Assembly: GCA_963675915.1 (NCBI GenBank)
Contig: OY780959.1
Coordinates: forward strand, 420,001 to 452,000
DNA: 32,000 bases
From: Coprobacillaceae bacterium
GTDB lineage: Bacteria; Bacillota_I; Bacilli_A; Erysipelotrichales; Coprobacillaceae
Direction: 5' to 3'
How positions within the stretch are numbered: the first letter of the stretch is position 1; each line of letters starts with the position of its first letter. The notes beneath the pieces were generated by a model. It was not told where the DNA came from. It saw only the letters and a program-made list of their open reading frames with translations, and did not search any database. This document shows, in pieces, positions 17,914-24,738 of the stretch. Position numbers and translations under genes: made by a program.

Positions 17914-18513
17914 TTATTTTTTTGATTGGAATCGTGACTCCAGATAGGTCTTGATATTGGTTTTATGGCGATAGAGAATCAGGGCAATGATTAAGGTGAA
18001 GTAACTAAGTTCAATCACATCTTCCCTCATGAGCCAGTCAACTGGGATCAAAAGGGCCAAAGCCAAAATCCCGCTGATGGAAAACTTTTTGATCAGGGGA
18101 AAATTGAGCACAAAAATAATGGCAATCACCGCTATTAGTTTTGGCTGATACATTGCAATCCCGCCCAGGATTGCCGCCACACCTTTACCACCTTTGAAAC
18201 CAAGCTGGATTGGATAAATGTGGCCAAGCACGACACAACCCAGACAGCTAAGAACAACCACCTGAGGCATGTTGAAATATCTGGCGATACCCACGGCAAT
18301 CAGTCCCTTGGTAAAATCTATGGCAAAGACCACGATAAAGGCAAACTTGCCAAAAACCCGCAGGGTGTTCAATGCCCCGGGATTAGTGCTGCCCTGAGTT
18401 CTGATGTCGATTTTTTTGAACAATTTGCCATAGTAATAGCCGCCGTTAAAACACCCCAGCAGATAAGCCAGGCCGATTAGCGCCATTGAAAACAAATAGT
18501 TGTCATAGTTCAA
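17914..18513 (-). CDS. PlsY-family acyl-phosphate acyltransferase paralog with a divergent acceptor motif
   Basis: YLLGCFNGG, IDIRTQGSTNPGALN (canonical motif is GSGNxGATN), GHIYPIQLGFKGGKGVAA, YRHKTNIK. A TTG start at 18513 lies 8 nt after GGAGG. The tracked ORF runs to 18552 and ATG 18486 is an alternative. Confidence 0.7.
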   Translation of the reverse strand: MNYDNYLFSMALIGLAYLLGCFNGGYYYGKLFKKIDIRTQGSTNPGALNTLRVFGKFAFIVVFAIDFTKGLIAVGIARYFNMPQVVVLSCLGCVVLGHIYPIQLGFKGGKGVAAILGGIAMYQPKLIAVIAIIFVLNFPLIKKFSISGILALALLIPVDWLMREDVIELSYFTLIIALILYRHKTNIKTYLESRFQSKK

Positions 18514-18649
18514 AAAAATCACCTCCACAGCCAACCAATTATTACCTTGCAAAAACCTATAATCCCATTATAACGCATCTTGGTTGCGCTTACATCCGCA
18601 AACCGGATTTTTTGCCAATTAATTTTCAAAGAATAAGTTATGGTAGTTG

Positions 18650-18678
18650 TTACAACAGGATAATTTATGGGTTATAAT
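18650..18678 (+). promoter_or_regulatory. Sigma-A promoter for the small membrane protein gene
   Basis: TTACAA (18650-18655), 17-nt spacer, TATAAT (18673-18678). Confidence 0.55.
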
Positions 18679-18750
18679 GGAATCAGGTTTTGTGATAGAT
18701 CAATAAAAGGAGGAACCGAAGTATTTTTAGATGAAAAGGGGATTGATTAG

Positions 18751-18990
18751 ATGAAAAGAAATATAATCGGGGTAATCACTTCCGCACTAATTTTCATGTT
18801 GATTGGTTTTTGGGCCGGTCTGCTTATCGGGGCATATATCGGAGGGAATTATATGGTCGACTTTGAATTTGCGGGGGTTCGCGGTTATGAGGCCGTGGGG
18901 AATATCGGGATGATAGTTGGAGCATTTTTTGGACTTATCTTCGGGACTGGGGTTGGTCTCAAACGAGATGCTAAAACCTCCAAATCTTGA
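18751..18990 (+). CDS. Small Gly-rich two-TM membrane protein
   Basis: 79 aa with GxxxG-rich helices (GFWAGLLIGAYIGG, GMIVGAFFGLIFGTGVG). AAGGGGA RBS. Confidence 0.5.
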   Translation: MKRNIIGVITSALIFMLIGFWAGLLIGAYIGGNYMVDFEFAGVRGYEAVGNIGMIVGAFFGLIFGTGVGLKRDAKTSKS

Positions 18991-19187
18991 GTGCTATTTT
19001 ATCTGGTATAGCTTCAGTAAGAAAAAGGGCCGGACTAATATGCCTGAGTCAATCGAATGAAAAGATTACCTGTTTTGAAGACCAAAAAATCAAAATATTA
19101 TGGTATTATCGGACAAATGGTGTTATATTATTCATTATAAATAATTAAGGGCACAGTAATTTTAAACAAGAAAAGGGGAATTTTGAA

Positions 19188-20372
19188 ATGAATTACAATT
19201 ATGCAAACAGAATGGGAAATATCCAAGCTTCAGAAATCAGGGAAATCTTAAAAGTTACCGGAAGGCCGGAAATCATCTCTTTTGCGGGAGGGCTCCCGGC
19301 ACCGGAACTATTTCCGATTGAGGAAATCATCAAGGTCAATCGCCTGGTTCTTGAAGAAGACGGTCAAGGAGCGCTGCAGTATGCAACTACCGAAGGTCAT
19401 GAACCTTTGCGGGAATGGTGTGCACAGCGGATGAACAAGCGGCTTAAAACCAATTTTGAAACTGAGAATATCATGATCACTCACGGATCACAACAGGCGT
19501 TGGATCTGGCGGGTAAGGTATTCTTGAACAAGGGCGACGTGGTATTGTGTGAAAGTCCGACTTACCTGGCGGCAATCAGTGCCTTCAAAGCCTATGAATG
19601 TGAATTTGTCGAAGTTCCGACTGATGAAAACGGAATGATTTCCAGCGAACTGGAAAAAATTCTGGCGACAACAGCCAATGTTAAACTAATCTACGTAATT
19701 CCGGAGTTCCAGAATCCTACCGGAAGAACCTGGAATCTTGAACGTCGTCAAGCCGTAGCTGAGTTAGCTTCAAAGTACAACGTGATTGTATTGGAAGACA
19801 ATCCGTATGGCGAACTGCGTTTTGAAGGTGAGACTTTGCCATCAATCCAGTCATTTGACCAGACCGGAAATGTAATGTGCATGGGTACTTTCTCGAAAAT
19901 CTTCTGTCCGGGGTACCGGATTGGCTGGATTGCCGGAGCCAAGGAAATCATTGAACACTTTGTCTTTGTAAAACAAAGTACAGATCTGCAATGCAACACC
20001 ATTGCCCAACGCGATATCGCCAAATATCTGGAACTTCATGATATTGACAAACATATCGAAAAAATCCGGGGAGTTTACAAAAAAAGACGTGATCTGGCCT
20101 TGGAAGTCATGGCCGAGAAATTCCCATCTGAAGTTAAATTCACTCGTCCCGAAGGGGGCTTGTTCATGTGGGTCGAACTTCCTGAGGGAATTGATGCCGG
20201 AGAAATCTTGCTTAAGTGTATCGACCGCAATGTAGCCTTCGTTCCTGGGGGACCGTTCTTTCCTAACGGCGGCAACAAGAATACCCTGAGAATCAATTTC
20301 TCGAATATGCCTGACGAAAGAATCGTTGAAGGTTTGACAATCATGGCTGATATTCTTCATGAATATGTCTAA
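19188..20372 (+). CDS. Class I/II PLP-dependent aminotransferase (ARO8 / 2-aminoadipate aminotransferase-like)
   Basis: SEIREILK...ISFAGGLPAPELFP, PTYLAA, YVIPEFQNPTG, LEDNPYGELRF, GTFSKIFCPGYRIGW (PLP Lys), RINFS. Confidence 0.85.
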   Translation: MNYNYANRMGNIQASEIREILKVTGRPEIISFAGGLPAPELFPIEEIIKVNRLVLEEDGQGALQYATTEGHEPLREWCAQRMNKRLKTNFETENIMITHGSQQALDLAGKVFLNKGDVVLCESPTYLAAISAFKAYECEFVEVPTDENGMISSELEKILATTANVKLIYVIPEFQNPTGRTWNLERRQAVAELASKYNVIVLEDNPYGELRFEGETLPSIQSFDQTGNVMCMGTFSKIFCPGYRIGWIAGAKEIIEHFVFVKQSTDLQCNTIAQRDIAKYLELHDIDKHIEKIRGVYKKRRDLALEVMAEKFPSEVKFTRPEGGLFMWVELPEGIDAGEILLKCIDRNVAFVPGGPFFPNGGNKNTLRINFSNMPDERIVEGLTIMADILHEYV

Positions 20373-20417
20373 AAACCAGCTAAGTAACATACTTTGAATT
20401 ACAATCACCATCAGATT

Positions 20418-20463
20418 AAAAGACCATTCCAGTTGCTTGAAACGACCCGGAGTGGTCTTTTTG
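20418..20463. terminator. Bidirectional terminator between convergent genes
   Basis: A 12-bp stem, AAGACCATTCC... (20419-20430) with GGAGTGGTCTT... (20449-20460). T-run on the plus strand; TTTT after the stem on the minus strand. Confidence 0.75.
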
Positions 20464-20476
20464 TGTTGAGATTCGG

Positions 20477-21652
20477 TTATAGTCGGGAAATTCCTTCTTT
20501 GATGGCCTGATCTTTCACAGCCAGAGAAACGGCATCTTTGACGCGCTGGTCAAAAATCGAAGGCAGAATATTATCAACGTTGATTTCCTCGGTAGTCAAA
20601 ATTGCGGCAATCGCCTGGGCAGCGGCAATTTTCATGCCCTCGGTGATTCGCGCAGCCCGGGCATCAAGGACACCACGGAACAGTCCCGGGAAGACCAGGA
20701 CATTGTTGACCTGGTTGGGAAAATCACTCCGGCCGGTACAGACGATTTTGGCTCCGGCTTTTTTGGCTTCATCTGGGTATATTTCCGGAGTCGGATTGGC
20801 ACAGGCAAAAATAATCGGATTATCATTCATCGATTCGATCATTTCCGGGCTCAGACATCCCGGAGCACTGGTTCCAATGAAGACATCGCTGCCTTTGATG
20901 GCATCTCCCAAGGTCCCGGAGAGCTTTTCGGGATTGGTCTTTTTAGCCAGGTCGAGTTTATATCCGGACAGTCCGGCCTCGCGACCTTCAACCAGGATGC
21001 CTTTGGAGTCAATCGCGACTATGTTTTTGACCCCAAGTTCCAAAAGCATATTGATGATTGCGGTTCCGGCAGCTCCAGGTCCGTTTTGGATGACTTTGAG
21101 CTCCGACATCTTTTTGTCAGTGAGTTTCAGGGCATTGATCAAAGCGGCGGCAACAACAATTGCGGTCCCATGCTGGTCGTCATGAAAAATCGGGATATCG
21201 CAGGACTCAATCAGTTTCCTTTCAATTTCAAAACAGCGCGGTGCACTGATATCTTCAAGATTGACCCCGCCAAAACTGCCCGAAAGCAAAGTCACGGTTT
21301 TGACGATTTCGTCGACATCCTTGCTTTTGATGCATAACGGGATGGCATCGACATCACCGAACTCCTTGAAAAGAATGCATTTTCCTTCCATAACCGGCAT
21401 TCCGGCTTCCGGTCCGATATCCCCAAGACCCAGAACTGCAGTTCCGTCAGTGACGACGGCAACCGTGTTCCAGCGCCTGGTCAATTCGTAACTTTTGTTG
21501 ATATCTTTTTCAATTTCAAGACAGGGGGTTGCTACTCCCGGGGTGTAGGCCCAGGCAAGATCGTCGCGGGTTTCCAGGGATACCCGCGATTTGATCTCCA
21601 GTTTTCCTTTCAATTCATAATGAAGCTCAAGTGCTTTTTTGGAATTATCCAT
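20477..21652 (-). CDS. NAD(P)-dependent malic enzyme (short bacterial type)
   Basis: LAWAYTPGVA, VVTDGTAVLGLGDIGP..GMPVMEGK, FGGVNLEDI, NGPGAAG. ATG 21652 (MDNSKKALELH) behind the AAGGGAG RBS. The 27-codon upstream extension in the track is rejected. Confidence 0.9.
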   Translation of the reverse strand: MDNSKKALELHYELKGKLEIKSRVSLETRDDLAWAYTPGVATPCLEIEKDINKSYELTRRWNTVAVVTDGTAVLGLGDIGPEAGMPVMEGKCILFKEFGDVDAIPLCIKSKDVDEIVKTVTLLSGSFGGVNLEDISAPRCFEIERKLIESCDIPIFHDDQHGTAIVVAAALINALKLTDKKMSELKVIQNGPGAAGTAIINMLLELGVKNIVAIDSKGILVEGREAGLSGYKLDLAKKTNPEKLSGTLGDAIKGSDVFIGTSAPGCLSPEMIESMNDNPIIFACANPTPEIYPDEAKKAGAKIVCTGRSDFPNQVNNVLVFPGLFRGVLDARAARITEGMKIAAAQAIAAILTTEEINVDNILPSIFDQRVKDAVSLAVKDQAIKEGISRL

Positions 21653-22018
21653 AGTTATTCTCCCTTGCAATGGATTAGGTGGACCGTAATTTGAATCCAC
21701 TCGTATAGAAACATTATACCACCAATACCACAATCAGGGAATTGATGTGAATGTTCCCGGGCACTTATAAAGCTTTGATTTTTAGATTAGATGATTTCCG
21801 GTGAACAATAATAACCGAAAACAAATAATATATCCGGTTTTTTTGGCTGGAAAGTTGTCAATGAAGATGTTATCGAAAATAGATCAGTTCGTTAATTATC
21901 AAAAAAATTACGATGAAGGACTAACTTGTGATTAGTCCTTTTTCTATCGCTACAATTTTCTAGGTAAGTTTAAAAGACAGCACTTACAACAGGACTGTCT
22001 TGATTCGAGCTTTGAATT

Positions 22019-22858
22019 TTAGCTGATAAAAAGTGATTTGTGCCAGATATTCATCGATTCGATTGAACCGGCAATCTGGGTATTGTTTGTCAAAGTGCCA
22101 CCAAAACCATATCCGGCTTTTTTGAAGGTGGCATTCATTGGCAGTGAGATGCTGCGGGCGATTGTATAGACCGTTTTAATTCCCGATTGTCTCATCTCTT
22201 GCTCCATTCTTGCCAAAAGATGGCGGGCCAGTTTTTTACCGCGATGACCACTCAGTACCGCAAAATCGGTCATTTCGGCGGCTTGATCTTTTTGCGCCAC
22301 CTCGCAGTTTCCAATTCCAACGAGACGTCCCTGGTGGAAAGCACCGAAATAACGGCAGCCCTCGGCCATGGTTTTTTTAAGATATTCCGGGTCAAAGATG
22401 TCAAAAGGATAAGTGGTAAAAACCTGTTTGAAAACAGCCGCCATTTCCGGAATATGGGTCTCATCGATTCTTGATATTTCATACGCGTCATCAAGCGGTC
22501 CCAATATATCCGGTTGGATGTTTTCTAACTTCTTGAAAACTTCATCGATTGCAGGGCTGCGGTATTTCCGGGTTTTCTTCAGAAACTTGGACATGAAGAC
22601 CGCATCGTCTTGGCCATTTTTGTAATTGGGAATCGCAGCTTCCTGAAGATATCCATAATCTTGGAGGAAGTGTTGCTGATCGGGACTTGCTTTGATGATT
22701 ATTTTCGAATAGTTGTGGTAATGGGCCAACGACTCCAGATTGGCAAGAATTTTGTCATTGCTTTTGCAAAGATAACCCATCAAATAGACCCGGTTGCTGA
22801 CTTTGCCGTGATGGATTTTGAAGTTGTCCAGTTTTCTGATTGTGTCTGTCGGGCTCAT
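22019..22858 (-). CDS. ablB: Beta-lysine N6-acetyltransferase (AblB/YodP-like GNAT)
   Basis: 279 aa, C-terminal GNAT core (GRLVGIG...[15 protein letters not shown]). ATGA overlap with kamA. The pairing with a lysine 2,3-aminomutase is the known ablAB / kamA-yodP arrangement. Confidence 0.75.
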   Translation of the reverse strand: MSPTDTIRKLDNFKIHHGKVSNRVYLMGYLCKSNDKILANLESLAHYHNYSKIIIKASPDQQHFLQDYGYLQEAAIPNYKNGQDDAVFMSKFLKKTRKYRSPAIDEVFKKLENIQPDILGPLDDAYEISRIDETHIPEMAAVFKQVFTTYPFDIFDPEYLKKTMAEGCRYFGAFHQGRLVGIGNCEVAQKDQAAEMTDFAVLSGHRGKKLARHLLARMEQEMRQSGIKTVYTIARSISLPMNATFKKAGYGFGGTLTNNTQIAGSIESMNIWHKSLFIS

Positions 22859-24105
22859 CGGGAATCCTCGCTTGGAGTCAGCGTTATAGTTTCGTGGTTA
22901 TCCGAAAGCAGTCGTTCAATTCCAATTGACTTGTAATTCTGGTTCTTGTCGTATTTGAATTGCAGATTACAAGTATTGCATTTCAAGTCGCAATAGTTAT
23001 GTTCGTAATTTGCCGGCTCTTCATAAGTTGTAATGACTCCTTCATAGTTTCTTAGAATCACCTTGTTGGTCGACCACGACATTAGATAGTTGGGCATGAT
23101 CGGTATTTTTCCACCACCGCCGGGAGCATCGATGACATAGGTAGGAACCGCAAATCCGCTGGTGTGGCCGCGCAGACTCTCCATGATTTCAATCCCTTTT
23201 CCGACACTGGTACGGAAATGTTCAAGTCCTTCGGAAAGATCGCACTGGTAAAGATAATAAGGGCGAACCCGATGGGAAACGAGCTTTTGAACCAGTTTCT
23301 TCATGATTTTTGAACAGTCGTTGACATTGGCCAACAAAACGCTTTGGTTCCCCAACGGAATCCCGGCATCACTGAGTTTGTCGAGAGCTTCGATAGACTC
23401 AGGTGAAATCTCTTTGGGGTGATTGAAGTGGGTGTTGATCCACAGATTCTTGTGTTTTTTAAGAATTCTCACCAGATTATCGGTGATTCTAAACGGCAGC
23501 ACGACCGGTGTTCTTGTCCCGATTCTGATTACTTCCACATGCTCGATTGCACTCAGGTTTTCCAACAGATATTCAATCATGTCATCTTCAAGTAAAAAAG
23601 GATCACCACCGGAAAGCAATACGTCTCTTACTTCAGGATGGTTTTGGATATATTCAAAACCTGATTGATAATGGTCTCTGTTTGGATTGTAGTCCGTGTC
23701 ACCGACTTTCCGTTTACGGGTACAGTGACGGCAATACATTGCACATACATTGGATACATGGAACAAGACGCGATCGGGATAGCGATGGGTTATTCCCTGT
23801 ACCGGGCTGTCACCTTCTTCGTTAAGGGGATCGGCGATATCACAATTGGAAATCTCCAACTCCCTGATATTGGGGAAAGCCTGTTGGAAGACCGGATCGT
23901 TCTTGTAATCTGATGCATCAACCAAAGACAGATAATATGGGGTGATTGACAGTGGGAACGTGTCCAGTGTCTTTTGCAGCTGGCTGCGATGATATTTTTC
24001 AAACTGCATTTCCAGAATTTCTTCAACCTGATCGATTTTGGTAATTCGATTTTGAAGTTGCCATTTCCAGTCCTGCCATTTTTCATTTTGATAGTCTAAA
24101 TTCAT
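22855..24105 (-). CDS. kamA: Lysine 2,3-aminomutase (KamA/AblA, radical SAM)
   Basis: [11 protein letters not shown] radical-SAM cluster, [28 protein letters not shown]-terminal CDLKCNTC cluster. ATG 24105 behind the GGAGAG RBS. The tracked GTG 24147 lies inside the terminator stem and is rejected. Confidence 0.9.
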   Translation of the reverse strand: MNLDYQNEKWQDWKWQLQNRITKIDQVEEILEMQFEKYHRSQLQKTLDTFPLSITPYYLSLVDASDYKNDPVFQQAFPNIRELEISNCDIADPLNEEGDSPVQGITHRYPDRVLFHVSNVCAMYCRHCTRKRKVGDTDYNPNRDHYQSGFEYIQNHPEVRDVLLSGGDPFLLEDDMIEYLLENLSAIEHVEVIRIGTRTPVVLPFRITDNLVRILKKHKNLWINTHFNHPKEISPESIEALDKLSDAGIPLGNQSVLLANVNDCSKIMKKLVQKLVSHRVRPYYLYQCDLSEGLEHFRTSVGKGIEIMESLRGHTSGFAVPTYVIDAPGGGGKIPIMPNYLMSWSTNKVILRNYEGVITTYEEPANYEHNYCDLKCNTCNLQFKYDKNQNYKSIGIERLLSDNHETITLTPSEDSR

Positions 24106-24135
24106 TAAATCTCTCCATTCTTTATAATTTTTGTC

Positions 24136-24173
24136 AAAAAAAAGCACTCCAACTCCTAATAGAGTTAGAGTAC
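24136..24173 (-). terminator. Strand-specific intrinsic terminator (attenuator) inside the kamA 5' leader
   Basis: Minus-strand RNA GUACUCUAACUCU-AUUA-GGAGUUGGAGUGC followed by U8. The stem is 13 bp including 4 G-U pairs, so the plus-strand transcript would carry C-A mismatches. It lies 30 nt upstream of the kamA ATG. Confidence 0.8.
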
Positions 24174-24390
24174 TTAAACTTCGCCGAAGCTCGAATCATA
24201 CCACTTTCGTAGTATGGGTCATGATAATTAATCCTAACCAAGTCCCAGTTCTAATGTAATCGATTTTTCACTCACAATTTCCTTCTCGCGATAAACTTGT
24301 CATTACCGACCCGGGGCCTGAAATGACTCGTAAATCAAATACTCATGCGGTTACTTTACCGTTAATTATTTTTGGTTTTATTTGACAACG
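24174..24390 (-). promoter_or_regulatory. Structured 5' leader of kamA-ablB, candidate riboswitch or attenuator of undetermined class
   Basis: Lies between the consensus promoter and the terminator. Local helices on the minus strand: GUCAUU...AAUGAC, CAUACUAC-GAAA-GUGGUAUG (8 bp with a GNRA loop) and GAGCUUC-GGC-GAAGUUU. GAGUAUUUGA (24344-24335) can pair with UUAAGUACUC (24177-24168), overlapping the terminator 5' arm. Confidence 0.5.
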
Positions 24391-24396
24391 TTTACA

Positions 24397-24425
24397 ATTG
24401 TACCAGATAATTTACAAAATGTCAA
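24397..24425 (-). promoter_or_regulatory. Consensus sigma-A promoter of kamA-ablB
   Basis: Minus strand reads TTGACA (24425-24420), exactly 17 nt, then TACAAT (24402-24397). Confidence 0.75.
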
Positions 24426-24657
24426 ATTTGCTTTAATCTGTAACTTGATTAATAGGTGAATATTGATCTACAAGTGTAAACAAATGTGAAGATGATGAAA
24501 TCGTTTTTACGGTAATTGCAAGCAACAAAAATTGTTCAATGTTTAAGACAAAAACCGGGTTTTGATTAATTAAATTATCCCGACTCACAATAATAAACTG
24601 CGATTGATGGCTGGAATTAAATTAAACAAAGATTTGGCTTCAAAGAATTGAAATTGG

Positions 24658-24685
24658 TTGCTATCACCAGTTCCTTTGTTATAAT
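24658..24685 (+). promoter_or_regulatory. Extended -10 sigma-A promoter, now separated from its gene by the IS
   Basis: TTGCTA (24658-24663), 16-nt spacer, TGtTATAAT (TG 24677-24678, -10 at 24680-24685). It points toward the gene at 26446. The IS begins 54 bp downstream. Confidence 0.6.
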
Positions 24686-24730
24686 GGGGGTGCAATTTGG
24701 ACCAAAACTAATAAAGCACAGATCCAACCA

Positions 24731-24738
24731 TTACAATT
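24731..24738. repeat. Target-site duplication, left copy (TTACAATT)
   Basis: Identical 8-mer directly abuts both IS termini (24731-24738 and 26424-26431). Confidence 0.9.

Noticed and set aside
18728-18758. A 7-codon uORF (ATG 18731 to TGA 18754) overlapping the main ATG 18751, with the 11-mer TAGATGAAAAG duplicated 20 nt apart.
   Set aside because: The uORF has no suitably spaced RBS (the AAGGAGG is about 19 nt upstream). The duplication is short and may be chance. Not enough evidence for a regulatory uORF.
21734-22018. Possible small RNA or orphan terminator in the 285-bp spacer. AAGGACTAA...TTAGTCCTT plus TTTT sits on the plus strand at about 21914-21946.
   Set aside because: No upstream plus-strand gene or promoter could be identified. 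The hairpin AGACAG...CTGTCT near 21972-22003 serves as the ablB terminator on the minus strand. Evidence for an sRNA is insufficient.
24145-24147. GTG at 24147 as the kamA start (tracked 430-aa ORF). Similar N-terminal extensions appear at 21733, 28619, 27774, 26413, 10993, 9938 and 12355.
   Set aside because: The extensions lack an RBS and run through terminators or leaders. Internal ATGs with proper GGAGG-type RBSs and canonical protein N-termini were chosen instead.
24106-24390. Calling the kamA leader a lysine (L-box) riboswitch or a Lys T-box.
   Set aside because: Only fragments match (GAGUA, UGGAGUGC, GUGGUA). The core L-box strings GAGGCGC, GCCGAAG and ACUGUCA and the T-box GGGUGGUACCGCG are not present on the transcribed strand. 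TCGCCGAAGC occurs only on the non-transcribed strand. Left unclassified pending an Rfam scan.
24381-24426. TTTGACA...TGTCAAA inverted pair plus a third TTACAATT copy, which resembles abutted IS ends or a solo-IR scar.
   Set aside because: Only 7 nt match the IS termini, and the sequences are fully explained as the -35 and -10 hexamers of the kamA promoter. Probably coincidence or a target preference, not a remnant.
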